Below, in pieces: positions 12,553 to 26,458 of a DNA stretch of 64,000 nt (its first letter is position 1; every line of letters starts with the position of its first letter). The DNA is from Selaginella moellendorffii (lineage: Eukaryota; Plantae; Lycopodiophyta). A program made the translations under genes and the position numbers. The notes beneath the pieces were generated by a model. That model worked only from the letters and a program-made list of their open reading frames with translations. It did no database searches and was not told the DNA's origin. The stretch is taken from contig NW_003314269.1 of the NCBI RefSeq assembly GCF_000143415.4, forward strand, positions 334,401-398,400, given 5' to 3'.

Positions 12553-15500
12553 CAGTCCTAGAGTAACCAGCATCCCAATGCTAGGACTAACACGCAAAAC
12601 GGAGCCAAACGGAGTCTGGCGCTATTTCGGCATACCGGTGGCCTAACGCGAGGACATGGGTACTCCACCAACTAGCATGGAATGGAACTTGGGCTTAGAC
12701 CCAAGCCGGACGCAAAACAAGGACAGGCATGCAAATGGAAGCTAGACTATGCCTCAGGTTGGTCGGCCATGCCCGACCTACCCACTATCCCTACTATACA
12801 TTTGGAAACCCCCACAGCCCCCCCCTTGAGGAACACACGCTTTGGGCTTTCACCGCAAGCCTCCCTTAGTATCAGGAGTTAGTCTCTAGGACAAGCTTGA
12901 AACCTACTAAATATAGAATGTCCTTAGATTGCAAATTTGGACACGGGACAAACACCATCGTGTTCAGGCCAATCTCTACATTCCGTAAATATGCCAAATG
13001 AGCAAATATGGACACTTTCCATAAATAGCATTTGGGATTGAATTGAGACTAACGCTAAGGGCATGATAGCGAGGGTGTTTGGCAGACACAGTAAGCTATC
13101 ATCTAGCGATATTGAGGGACCAATCTCAATATCGCGTGGGTTCCCAACACTAGCAAGTGCAAGTCAACGAATGAGTTTCTCTAACCAGGTCAAGTATGCT
13201 TGACAAATAGCACGTAGGAATTCCGTCCTTATGCCCATCTAGTCAAGTGCACACGTGAAGACCAGTTTCTCAACTAGCTTAGGCAGAGATTGATAACGGG
13301 CCCAGCAATACCGATCTCCTGCCATCGTGGCAGTAAGGTAAGAGTGTCCGTAAGGACTACTCGACAAGTAACTTTCGATACCCAAAGTCACATTCGCGAC
13401 ACTCTCCCCCCCTAGGGAAGATCGACGTCCTCATCGATGCATACTCGAGTCTAGAATACCGCCAAGGAAACAACTCCAGAAAAAGTTCACGGTACTCACA
13501 CTATGTGAGAAATGCACCAACTTAAATGAGTTAAGAGGCAACCTCTTTGTCTAATGCGGATGCGCTACCAGCTCAGACACCTTCCGGCCGTCGCTGACAA
13601 GGAAATGACCAACAGAGTCAGCCACCCTTGCTGCTCTGGGAGTCACCCAGCTTACAAAAGTGTGATACACCCCTGCCCGCAAGGACATAGAGAGAGAAGC
13701 CAGAGGCCCCAACCTTCCTGAGCAAAGAAACCAAACCCGTCGATAAGGTTTAGATAGACTACTGTAAACAGGCAGTTAAAGTTGTTTACACGGTCACACC
13801 CTTTTAATGGAAGAAGGAACATCGACAGAGAGGCGGGTTATGTGACCAGTCGACAGTAGCTACCCCATGACTAGAGATTTCAACATGCACACAAAGTGCC
13901 AAAGTTAGTCTACCTATACTGGCCCAAGTTCCCAAGATCAATAGATGGACAATATCAAAGTCAAAGACAATGATATCTAAGAGACTTAAGTATCAATGAG
14001 TAAAACTTAGATTAGAACACAAAAGTATTCCAAGTAAGTTATCATCCGATAAACTAGTATTATAGGATAGGAACCACCAAGCTCATCATGCTTGGAAAAC
14101 ATAAGAGTCACCATCAAACAAAATTCAATAGCAAGTATATCATCAAGTAAACTCAATGATAAAGTTTAACTATTAAAGATTGCAGACAAAATGCCAAACA
14201 ACTTACGAAAGATAACTCAAAGAACACAAAGTATTGACTGACAAGCAAAATGCTCGTGAATGTATCACCCAAAAGAAATAACATCCAAATCTATCAAAAC
14301 TAACTCGAGGAATAATCAACAGAAGAGAATGAATGTGGTAAGACCAACAAACACTCATTCCTGCCAACTATCACAAAAGCCAATCTGAATAGATCCCAGC
14401 CAACAATACCAAGGAACTCAAGTTGCCTAAGTAAGTGTCAGCAACATCCTACTGATGTCTCAAACCCAAGAGACCAATCCAAAGCAAACCACAAAGAACA
14501 TGTGGTATTGCGAAAAGCCAAAAGCTATCAAAGAGAATAACTAACCATCATGAAAGATCATCAATTATCCTATCAAAAAGATATGCCAAATCATCATCAA
14601 GCAAGAATCTACCATCCCGAAGAATAGCAAATAATTCCAGACCAACAATAATCAGACAAAACTTTTGATAAGGATAATCAACTACCCTAGATGATAATCA
14701 ATCATCACCAATGATTGCTAAATGTAAAAACCAACTTCAACATTGAAACTAATGAGCCAAAATGCCTTCCCCAACAACTTCTAACAAATGGACCACAAGC
14801 ATGAAAACTCAAGGAACCAAAAGCTCGAAGAAGCTTATAACTAAGTCTTGCCTAATAATCATCACAAGTCTTGCATGAACTAACTTCAATGCTATTAAAG
14901 AAATCATGGTGTAACCCACAATATTTTCCTCAACATATCCATAAGTTAAACTTCATAATGCCAAAGCTAATGAAGAGCATATCTGCATCAATTCAAAAGC
15001 TAAGCATAACGAAGCTATGCTCAACAAGTGATCACTAAACGATCCTCCATGAATCCATTTATAGCAACACATAACTCACTTCATAGCAAGCACAAGAAGA
15101 ATCATTCATGATCGATATATTCCAACTCAAATCCAGCAAGGACTCAAATATTCTAATAGCAATCACTAACTCTTCATCTCGTAAAGCTAGCATAGTCCAT
15201 GACTGAATCCCTTTTAAAGGAAAAGCGGAAGCTCAACCCTCTACTAAATAATCTCGTCTAGAACACAACTAACTTAAACTTGCCACTCAACTCGTTTGAA
15301 CGCTAACATAGTTGCTAATTAGCAAATGCATGAATGCTAACAACATAAAGCTATAACCAAACCATCAACACTATCTTCATTAAGACTAATAAAACTCAAT
15401 ATCAATTTTATAAAGAGACATCTCATCTCATTCGAATCTCAACATCAATATTGTCAACAACAAGGCATCACCTCAATGTTATCAACATCATAACAAAACT

Positions 15501-17852
15501 AAAAGAAAGCAAAAGTGAATCACCACTCAAAGCTCTTTAGCAACCAAGCTAACCAAAGTCAAAGATACTATACTTAATATCCAAGACCAATCCTTCAACA
15601 TTACTCAGGTACAGATAACACTTCCTCAAGGAGTGAATCACCACATCCAAGACTCAATGAAATCCAACACCACGGATTAAATGCAACCAAATGACATCGA
15701 CAGAGGTAGAGTTGACATGCCAACATGGAAAACCCATGTAAGTTTAACAACACGATCCTCCACAACACCATCCGGTAAAGTAAACCCATCACTGTTAAAT
15801 CTTCATCGAGCGAAACAAGTGTCAAACAGTCCTTGACGAAGTCTTACAGGCAATCATTAGTCGCAAAGCAACTAACCATCACTTTTTCAACTTGCTTTCA
15901 CGAGACCCAAACACTAAACTCACGTCATTTAGTCATACACTTGTCCAACATGAACGTGATACCTTCGGTATGAGATAAAAGTTCATAGACAAGCACAAAC
16001 CAAATGACCACTCGAATCCAACTCAACCGCGATAACATATCTAGTCAATAGCTCTGAGCATGCCTTGAAGAGGCTAGCTATACATGATCAACACTTAGTC
16101 GAAACTAAAGTGAAGACCATGAGATGGATCATATTGGTACACAACCTCCTCATAGACAAAGCTATAGTATGGGTACCAACATCTCAACCTTAAACAACTA
16201 AGTTGAACATCACCATCTTTAGCCAAGGCGCAGGGCCACCAAGACCAAGTCAAGATCAGTGACAGCTCACTACTCTCATAGAGTCTAACGAAATGTAAAG
16301 TGCAACCTGCCACCAAGCATAACGTTACAAAAGAAAGGCACAAGGGTCACCTTTCTAGAAAAGTGCAATGGCCACTTTTCTACACTAACTCTAGACTCTA
16401 TTCAACTTAATTGCCTTAGCCCCAAAAGTTAGCATCCCTTTCAGGCTGCATTATACAAACTACCTACTAAGGTTTAAGCCAACCAAAGTCAACTCCAACC
16501 CTTTCACTACTTTGTACTAGCTTACGAAAATGGAATGGTTTTCGAACAAAGTGATCAACAGATCAACCATTGGATAAGTCTAAGAAAATTTGTAGAAAAT
16601 TTCCATCCTAGAGAAAGAATAACTCTCAGTCTAGGAATACAAACTTTCAAGACTCAACCAACTTCCTCCTACTAACAACTTCACATAGGTTCACCTCAAC
16701 ACAAATTCTCATGACCCATAGTATGCTTAATCCTCGAACATCTTTTTGCCCATTCTTTCGACATCCAACACTGACATCTGTAAAATGCAAATGGAACATC
16801 CAAGGCTTGATCACAAAGACCACATCTTCGGATATCCACATTTCACTAACACTCTTTTTCAACCATCTTCAAGATCCAATTGTGAAGCTAAAACACTAAC
16901 AAGAAAAATGACATGGAAAATCAAGCTCTAAAGAACTTTCCTCATCACTTAAAATAACAATGCCACTTCCACTAACACAAGTGCTAATAATGTCAATGCC
17001 TCAATCTCACACCTTCTCTATCCAACAATCTACTCCAAGTGTTAACGGATCAACTAATGAGCTATAACAAATGCTACAACCCTTTCTAACACCTTATGGG
17101 CAAACCCTTAAGGAAATAAGGAACAAGGAACCAACTTAAATTTAGCATAATGGACCACCATCGAGAATCTAGTCAAAGCTACTACTACGCTACTTTGTGC
17201 AAGTAGACTAGCTTCACCATCAACCACTTTGGGGTTAATCATCGTTTAACCGAGCAACTTCGTAAACACATTGCTTATTATCATATGGATATGATATGGA
17301 AATCACAATGACTTGATCATCAATTGAGCAACACCATGAGCAACTCCCACGTCATTACTACAAAGGTTTATGTGAGTGTCAAGTGTCAACTCGATTTAAC
17401 AAAATGCAACATAAATGTCACACTCTACCGATAGAGACTTATAACACTGAACACCATTAACTTTTGTTCACAACACGAACAAACTCATGCCACTCTCTTT
17501 CCGACCAAACTCAACATTAATCTAACACCAAGTTACTCAAGGAGCAATAGCAAAGTTCCCCAGAAAAGAATTGAGCATTACAACTCAAGTCTTCCAATAG
17601 CAAGCCTAGACAACATCTCGGACTCCTTCACGTGTCATGTGTTGGTCCTCTTGTGTCCCTTTTCTAGAGACTCACTTATTGCTCGCTTCATGCTTGTTCC
17701 TTAAGCACTTCGTTGGGAGTTCCACTCCCGCTCTTGACCTTTCAAGTTGGAGCTTTTAGTCCAAACGTGTTATGCTCGTTTGGCTTTCGCTTCGGCCACT
17801 ACCACATGGCACCCTTTCAGCTCCACTTTAGGGGTTAGGGACTTGTGTCTCA

Positions 17853-20300
17853 CGTGGATGATGATGGGAATTGTAGCACTATTGTTGTCCCACTTGTATG
17901 CGGCTCAGGTGTTTAGTAGACTCTACTCAAACAAGTAGAAGAATACTTATCAAATACTAATCCCACAACCTAGCATTAGCAACCATGGCAATCACAAAGA
18001 TAAACCCAATGCTGTTGGCAATATTGGATCATGACCATATAAAAGTTTATATGGTGAAACACTAACAGAAATCTCCAACCCTGTGATGTATGCATACTGA
18101 AAAGATGGCAAATAACCATCCTAATTCGAATGCTGAAAGTTCACGTACTTTGCAATTATCCCCTTGAAATTCTGAATAAGCTGTTCCACCAAACCATTTG
18201 ACTATGGATGATAAACACTTGTGAAAGTGTGACATATCCCCAACTGAGACATCAAAACATGAAATACCTCATCCATAAATATGAAACCATTATCCGAAAG
18301 AATCTACTTCAGATAGGAATGCTAGGACACTACTCAATTGAGGAGGAAGTATCTAACAGCAGTTGCAAATGCACTAGCAAGAGCACTAATTTCCATCCAA
18401 TGAGTCAAGTAATCAAAAGCAACAGGATCTGTCCCCACAAATTAAAGAAGATTATACTTGAGGCAATATTGAAAATGTAAATGCCGAAATTGCAAGTCAT
18501 CAACAAATAATGCAGGACTCTTAAACCCATTATGAAGTGTTCAAATTCGTAGCTCAATCTTTTGAGCCTCGCAAACCTCATCAAGAGAATGTAAATCCTT
18601 CTCTGTACCTTCTGAACACTAAACGTCAAGTATAATAACCGCCGATGGCACAGAATCCTTGTCCAAAAATCCATAGATGCTGGAATAATAGGCTCATTAG
18701 AAACATGAGAAGAGAGCAAAGAAGGAAAAGGTGCTCAAGAAAGAGCATTAACATCATCAACATTGCTTATGTTCATGGCAATGAACAACATTAAAATCAT
18801 ATATTTGAAGTTTCAAAGCCCACCGAGAAATATGGCCAACTAAGTTCTTTTGTTTCAATAATGAAGTAACTACAGCATGATCACCTTGTAATAATGTCCG
18901 AGAACTATGTAGATATACATGAAGTTTCTCAAAACCCCAAATTGCTGCTAAACACTCCTTTGTCGTGGAGTAGTTTACCTTCGTTGGTTGTAATGTACAG
19001 CTAATATATGCAATGAGATGGCACTGACCAAACATGCTTGGGCTCTCTTGCATCAACACACATCCAAAACCAATATCAGAAGTATCTAGGCACAAAATGA
19101 AAGGTTGAGTATAGTTAGAATACACTAAAACCAGAGGAGTCATTAATAGCTCTTTGAAATTTGCAAATGCCACTCATAGTCTACAAACCAGATGAAAGAT
19201 AACATTGACAACTTCAGCAACGCTCGCAATGGTGCAGTACGATTAGAAAGATGATCAACAAAATGACCAAGATACTGCACCTTGCTCAGGAAACACTGCA
19301 CATCATTTACACACGTTGGAGTAAGGAACTTTAGAACAGTCATAAGTTTATTAGGATTAACTTATAAACCTTGACAAGAAATATAGTACCTAAGATAAGT
19401 CTTAATATACACTTCGATTGTTTCAACTTTAAACCAACTTTCCATAGTTGATCCAATACTTTACAAATATCACCAATGTGTTCCTCTTACGTCCCCTCTG
19501 AATGCATCAAGATAGTATTGATGAAGTTAATAACCACCTCTGGCATATCGTAAAGAATGTCGTCCATCATTCACTGAAAGTTGTTGGAGCATTATTTAAA
19601 CCAAACGAGATCACCAAAAACTCATATAAACCAAATGGTGTACAAAAAGCTATCTTAGGATATTTTTTTCAACCATCAATACTTGCTAGTACTTAAAAGC
19701 AAAGTTTAACTTGGTGAACTAACGACTTTTCCCTAGACAATCCAAGAGATCCATAGTATGAGGAAGAGGGTATATATCGGGGATTGTCACTTCATTTAAT
19801 GGACAATAATCAATGCAAAAACAAATACTCCCAGTAGGTTTCGTCACAAAATGAAGTTCACATGCCCAAGGACTCTATAATTTTTTATTAACACCCTTTT
19901 CCAACATTTCCTTGATGTTTGCATATAAAATCTTGATCTCTATGGGTGACTGATGATAAATCAAAACTTTGATTGGACAAGCATCCCCAATTGGAATAAG
20001 ATAATTTGTGGCAATCTTGGCCCAAACGATAGGTCAAATTCAAAGAGATTGACATACTCATTCATGAGCTGATCAACTACTACAATACAAAGACCGTTGG
20101 AGGGATTAGAAAAGGGAAGAGAGGAACAAAACAAAAACATAAAAGGAAGTTATAGGGAGACAAAAGTGATAGAAGCAAAGGAATAGAAGTGACAGGAATG
20201 GAAAAAATATAAGGAAGTATGAAACAAAGGAGAGAAACCTTAAAGTCATATTTAACATGATTGTGCTGCAACCAATTCATATCAAGGATGAGGTCAAAAG
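17853..20300 (-). pseudogene. Frameshifted Ty3/gypsy pol (protease-RT-RNase H-integrase) of family G
   Basis: MNWLQHNHVKYDF (protease tail); RT remnants ~19300-19900; RNase H LDTSDIGFGCVL...YSTTKECLAAIWGFEK...RWALKLQIYDF (18757-19173); integrase remnants 17900-18500. Confidence 0.85.
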
Positions 20301-20756
20301 CTTAACTCAACACCACCCCTAATACCTACAACTCAAGCTCAAGATCACCAAATCACTGTGAAGTGATTGAACCAATGGTACATATCATCTCTAGGATTTC
20401 AAACCAATGGTATCATCCCTAGGATTCCCACGGAAGAACTTTGGCCCAACGTGAGGATTGATAGCAAAAGCAGAAGGAGCTATACCATGCACCATAAATA
20501 CTGCTATCAACTAAGTTTGATTGTTCAATTGCAATTATATAGCATTAAGCAATTGCACCAACTATTGCTCTAGAGTCAAAGGAGGAGGAGGCTGCTACTC
20601 TACCATGAAGATGAATAAAAAGAAACAAACAAAAAAGAAGTTGAGAAAAGCTAAAAGAAAAAAGAGATCTAGACAATGCAAAAGCTAGATTTAAACCAAA
20701 ATCCTAAATCCCAGCACTCTTTAGAGACAATCAAAGTTGCCCTTCACTTCCACCAA

Positions 20757-20932
20757 TGTGAGTGCATGGAATATGGAAAAAGAATATAGAAAATGTGCAT
20801 CCCTATTAACCCAAAAACCCTAATTTATATATTGAAGTGAGTGGTTCGGATTCAAACCAATCCAATAGCTATCAAAATCCCATTACGCTAATATTAGGAT
20901 ATGGCATCATAGCTGTACATTTGGACCTCACA
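20757..20932 (-). repeat. 5' LTR of family G copy 1
   Basis: TGTGAG...CCTCACA, homologous to 658-820. Confidence 0.85.
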
Positions 20933-21625
20933 GTATTTATTTATTAATATATGTACTATCATTTTCTAATTATTCATCTAGAAATCAAATATAAATAACT
21001 ATGTTATAAAATTACAATTAGTATCTATTTTATAATTAAAATAATTTTATATGAATTAATAATTTCTTTATTTTAAAAACTTTAACTTTGAGGATGAATG
21101 TTATAAATTTGAAGTATTTAATTAGAAAGTACGTATATCATATCCTATCTTGATAATGTAACAATGAAGTGTTTGATAAAGTAATGTGTGTAATGACCTA
21201 GTAAATATAATTCTATTGTTCATAATATTTTGAATTTAATATAGTTATATTTGTGACTACATTAAAGTGTAGTAATAAATATATTAATTAGGGTTTAGAC
21301 TCTTGCTTTTATATAAAAATGGAACAAATGAATTATCTATATACTATGGTACTATAATTAGAATATGACCTAGTAGATTTATATATGTTTATAAATATCT
21401 CTTTAAGAAACTGAAAAAGTTAAATTTAGTAAAATATTTGGAGCCTTCAATAAAGCTATTAAACACTCATACAAGAATCTAAACTCTCATCAGAACATAT
21501 AATGTAATTATTGACAAGCATGATAGAAATAGAACCTAAAGTAATGGCATAAATATAAGCCAACTACAAAATCTTAGGAAACAAATTATAACTCTTTGAT
21601 CATCTATAAGATGTTCAAACCAATT

Positions 21626-22850
21626 ATAAGCGACTAAATTTATTTTACTTAAGTTGGGATAAAGATGTATAAAAGTTATGAGTGAAACTCTTCCAAGTGA
21701 TTAAAGGTATAGATGAACTTAAAGCTATACTAACTTCACATTTGGTACAAATGCTCTATGTGTTTAATCCCATTTTAGACACCTAAAAGTATTACAACTA
21801 TCCTTTTGCACTTAAGCCATGTTCATCCTTATTTATCTCATTAGTAGTTTAAAATCATTTATACCACAAACCCAATTTTTCCAAACCAAACCATCTAATC
21901 CATAACTGGTTATTCCATAAATACTTCATAACATCTTTAGAATGCCCCAAGATATAAAGGAACATTATCCTTCAATATCTTTTCTTCAATCCCTATTAAG
22001 TCCTTCAACCATAGCAATGCTCACCAACACCATTATTGGTTTGGATCTTAAATATTGACTTCTAGGACTTTCTTATAATTATACCTTTATTAAGCAAGAG
22101 AATTATTTCTTTTCATTTCCACTATCAAGGATTTTGAAATGATATTTTAAAACACTATAACTCAACACGAGTATTGTGGGTACTCCCCCACCTTCTACCA
22201 CTTAGCCATGTGGCTAAAACAAGGTTTCAATGAGCCACATAAGGTATCCAAGAAATAATGCCACTCACACTTAGATTGGGAATAGTAACTATTCAATCTC
22301 CTAGAAGAGCTAAAGTTGGCTTTTAAATACTTCACTAAATTGCCCCATTTGTTCATCCATGTTCACTTTAGCTTTAGATTCTTTAATATTTATATTATCA
22401 CTCATTACGTGAGTTAACCTTCTTTAGTCACATTTGTTTCTTTGAAGTCCTTTTCTCTATTATCTCGCAAAAGCTTACTAAACCCTCTAAGGTCTAAGAG
22501 ATGATCGTTTTAAACTTTCATTCCTACTTGGTCTTACACTCAGATTTAGTCTTGGTCTCACTCTCAAAATCCATTCCTGACTTAGTCACAAACTCCATTT
22601 GTAACTTAGTCTTAAACTCCATCTTGGACTTTATTTGAACTTAGTCTTAGACTCAATTATTTTGGACTCAATTGCAAATTTAATTTTAACACTTCCACAT
22701 ATCAATCATTATTTTATCCTTTTTAGAGATTCACTTATTAATTCATACTTGTTCTTCAAGCACTTTTTTAGGAGTTCTTTCCCACTCTTGACTTTCAGAG
22801 TTGGAGCTTTTTATCAAAATGTATTATGCTTATTGTGTTTTATATTTTGA
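21626..22850 (-). mobile_element. Ancient, AT-eroded family-A LTR
   Basis: Colinear reverse-complement similarity to 5143-6732 (e.g. 22201-22285 vs ~6000-6080). Decayed repeat array at ~22530-22700. Confidence 0.7.
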
Positions 22851-24264
22851 TCATTTCTTTAGAATCTTATGCTTTATTTCAAATGTTAAATAAGTTTTGT
22901 AAGAATTTTGGGTTAAATATATTTTACCTAATATGAATGCTACTAAGAGATATTATATTACAATTGCTATAAGAGGTCTTTCATTTCCTTGAGAGTGAAA
23001 GATTTTCCTTTTATTTTTAAGTCTCAAGTGTTAAATTTGATATCAAAGAGGTTGAGTATATAGAGTCTCTTATTTATCTAGTTTTAACTGAAATAAGATG
23101 TCCTCTGCTATTTAACTTTTCTACTCATAAGAAGTCTTTTATAATAGAAGGTTTTTTTCATTTAATCATTTAGTACATCCTTTTATTTTACTTTCCCATT
23201 GCTACATTGATATCTATTAAAAATTATTTTTTCCATGCTTTTTTATCCACTTTTTCCTTTTCCATAATATTCTTTTTTCAGGTTTTCTTGTTTTCTCCTT
23301 CAATGTTTCAAACTTTATTTTTCTTTGGAGGGGTAGAGGGGACAAATAAGAGTCCAACCTTGATAATGAAGTGATAAATAGAATAAATACTTCTAAAAAA
23401 TTATTTTTTTAGGAGGGGGTAAATAAGATATAAAAAATGAACAAAATGTATCTAATCTTTAATGTATGATGTTGGAAAAATATATGGCTATTATTCTGAG
23501 TTAACACAAGTCTTAAAAACTGATTGAAGGGAAGATATAAAAATATATTATATTGATGGTTGTGAGTCCAAGTTATACCCTTAGAGGCTGGTAAGAGGAT
23601 AGATGTAGAGAGGTATTAATGAATTGCAATTGCCCTTTAAATTACATTGGTTTAAAAGTTACGATTTTGAGGTTGGTGCAAATAGCCACATAATGATTTG
23701 ATAAACAATAAAGGTTTAAATATAAAAAAAAGGCCTATTACACTCTCTTTTCCAATCGATCAAGGGTTTTGGGATACTTAGGGTTGAACATATTTAGGTT
23801 TGACTAGTATTGATCTTGGTAACCTCTTGGGAAATCAAAATTCAAGAGCTTACATAAGACTCTGCAAAAGAAATAAATGCAATATTCTAGCCATATGTTT
23901 GCCACAAAGTGAGACTCAAGTTTCAAGGTATTGAACCCCTAAATGAAAGGACAAAGTTAAACTCTTGAGCTATAGCCAAGGAATGAAAGAATAGGAGCAC
24001 AGAGCAACTCTCAAAAGGAGCGAAAGATCAAAAATATGGAGAAACACTAGAAAAATTCTAGAGGTTTTAATTGTAAACTCATAAATTTAGACTTTTTAGA
24101 AAGTTACCCAATCCATCATTATTCAAAATTAAAGACATTTAACCCTAAGTATTCTAAGACTGAAAATGGGGTGCACTTTTATTTATATCCCCTTCCCTTT
24201 GTATTTTATATTTCCTTAGAAGTTCACATCAGTATAAATAAGCTTATGAATTGGGGTTGCTTAA

Positions 24265-24909
24265 NNNNNNNNNNNNNNNNNNNNNNNNNNNNNNNNNNNN
24301 NNNNNNNNNNNNNNNNNNNNNNNNNNNNNNNNNNNNNNNNNNNNNNNNNNNNNNNNNNNNNNNNNNNNNNNNNNNNNNNNNNNNNNNNNNNNNNNNNNNN
24401 NNNNNNNNNNNNNNNNNNNNNNNNNNNNNNNNNNNNNNNNNNNNNNNNNNNNNNNNNNNNNNNNNNNNNNNNNNNNNNNNNNNNNNNNNNNNNNNNNNNN
24501 NNNNNNNNNNNNNNNNNNNNNNNNNNNNNNNNNNNNNNNNNNNNNNNNNNNNNNNNNNNNNNNNNNNNNNNNNNNNNNNNNNNNNNNNNNNNNNNNNNNN
24601 NNNNNNNNNNNNNNNNNNNNNNNNNNNNNNNNNNNNNNNNNNNNNNNNNNNNNNNNNNNNNNNNNNNNNNNNNNNNNNNNNNNNNNNNNNNNNNNNNNNN
24701 NNNNNNNNNNNNNNNNNNNNNNNNNNNNNNNNNNNNNNNNNNNNNNNNNNNNNNNNNNNNNNNNNNNNNNNNNNNNNNNNNNNNNNNNNNNNNNNNNNNN
24801 NNNNNNNNNNNNNNNNNNNNNNNNNNNNNNNNNNNNNNNNNNNNNNNNNNNNNNNNNNNNNNNNNNNNNNNNNNNNNNNNNNNNNNNNNNNNNNNNNNNN
24901 NNNNNNNNN
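24265..24909. other. Assembly gap (N run)
   Basis: 645 N bases. Confidence 1.
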
Positions 24910-25676
24910 CACAGGGGTTTCTCATTAAGTCAGTGCAAGACAAAAGAAAAGAGAACTTAAGTTAAGCCAAATATACTAAACAAGAAATATATAGAAGTTA
25001 CTACTTTATATTTTGGCTAATTAGAGATGCTAAGACAAAGGGAATTATTATACCAATTTTTAGCCATTGTAACAGTAAGAGAAAAATATCCAAAAGGATT
25101 TGCCAATAGGTAGCTTTTAGTACCTATAGTTAGATTTGCGATACAAAGAACACTTAACTCAACTTAATTGAGAATAACAATTATAAAAATAAATTAAATA
25201 ATGTGACAGAAGAAGAAAGTATTACAAATGAAATGGTTGATACTTGCCTTATAACATCACTAACTCATCTCTAAAATTATCTTCAAAACAATCAAATTTC
25301 TCATTATAATTAAAAATCCACTTGACCTTATAAACATTGTCCTCTAAAGGCTTGATTTTCAAATATATATCATCCATAACTCTCCAATCAATGTGATCAT
25401 AATCACATTTCACATCAATAAAACATGATAAAACATCGAGAACAAAAGAGGTTGTAATTCCATCTCATAGAAGCTAGAGATAATAACAAACTAAAGATTG
25501 GAGTAGCATCAACAAAATCATACTTTACAACACTAAAAACTTGATAGCAAGAACAATATTGCTAGATAAGGACAATAGAGCAACATTTATATCCTTGAAC
25601 AACACCTCCTTAATTGACAATGGTGTGGTATAAAAATAAAAAAGAAAGAATATATCTAAATATAGCAATACCTAGA

Positions 25677-26458
25677 TGTCGCAAATGTGACTTTAGGTAT
25701 TGAAAGATATTTGTCGGCCAATCCTTATGAACACTCTCTCCTCATTGCCATGACAGCAGGAAGTTAATACTATTGGTTCCCTTTATCAGCCCCTCTTATC
25801 CAAGTGTTAGTAAATTAGACTTAACTTCTGTACTTGGCAAGATAAGCATAAGGAAGGAATTCCTAAATATCTATTTAACCAAACATATTTGGCCTAGTTT
25901 GTTAGTTTTATTTTGCTCTATTTTGCACTAACTTGGCAAAAATTCCCATGATATTGAGTTTAGTCCCTTAATATTATTACATGGTAGTTTACCGTGTCTA
26001 CTAAACACCTTCGCTATCATGCCTTATGTGTTGGTTTTATTCCGGATCCATATTTTATTTATGGTAAGTGTCTAGATCCACCTAAGAGGCATATTTACAG
26101 AATGTAGAGAATGTCCTAAACCTTATAATGTTGTTCCTGCTCCCTAATTTGCAATTTAGCACCATTCCATATTTAGTAAGTTTTTACACTTGTCCCAAAG
26201 ACTAACTCTTGGTATTAAGGGAGACTAGGGGTGAAAGCATATGTTCCTCAAGGGGCTATGGAGGGTTCTAAATGTATAGTAGGGATAGTGGTTAGAATGC
26301 ATATCTGACCACCTAAAACATTAATTTGGCTTTCACTAAGCTATGTTGTTCCTTGTTTTGCATTCGGCTTGGGTTTAAGCCCAAGCTTTCTACTGTTCTA
26401 GTTGGTGGGGTACCCTCCTTCTTGCATTAGGCCACCGGCATACCAAAATTGTGCCAAA
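25677..26458 (+). mobile_element. Diverged, truncated family-B solo LTR
   Basis: Begins TGTCGCAAATGTGACTTT, the reverse complement of 13401 leftwards; similarity continues to about the 12620 equivalent. Confidence 0.75.

Larger units (their letters stand above)
3316..17612 (-). mobile_element. Family-B non-autonomous/degenerate LTR element, two internal regions sharing one central LTR
   Basis: LTR 4906-13401 (about 1.08 kb without the insert) has an iMet PBS (minus TGGTATCAGAG, 4893-4903) on one side and a PPT (minus AGGGGGGGAGAG, 13402-13413) on the other. 3316-4140 is repeated at 16791-17612. Only faint pol remnants. Confidence 0.75.
1102..17853 (-). mobile_element. Old, deleted family-A element (internal fragment 1185-2169 plus an LTR split into 2170-2333 and 17613-17853)
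   Basis: 1185-2165 is the reverse complement of 8950-9930. 2170-2333 is the reverse complement of the young LTR end (6570-6732). 17613-17853 is the reverse complement of the young LTR start (5143-5385). Confidence 0.75.
658..20932 (-). mobile_element. Degenerate Ty3/gypsy LTR retrotransposon, family G copy 1 (short LTRs; outer host of the nest)
   Basis: Similar LTRs 658-820 and 20757-20932, both TG...CA. PPT (minus AAGAGGAGGGGATGA) at 821-835. PBS-like TGGTGGAAGTGAAGGG next to 20757. GTAT flanks both ends. Pol remnants at 17853-20300; integrase tail at ~840-1101. Confidence 0.85.

Noticed and set aside
24171-24965. ORFs spanning the N run
   Set aside because: Artefact of the assembly gap.
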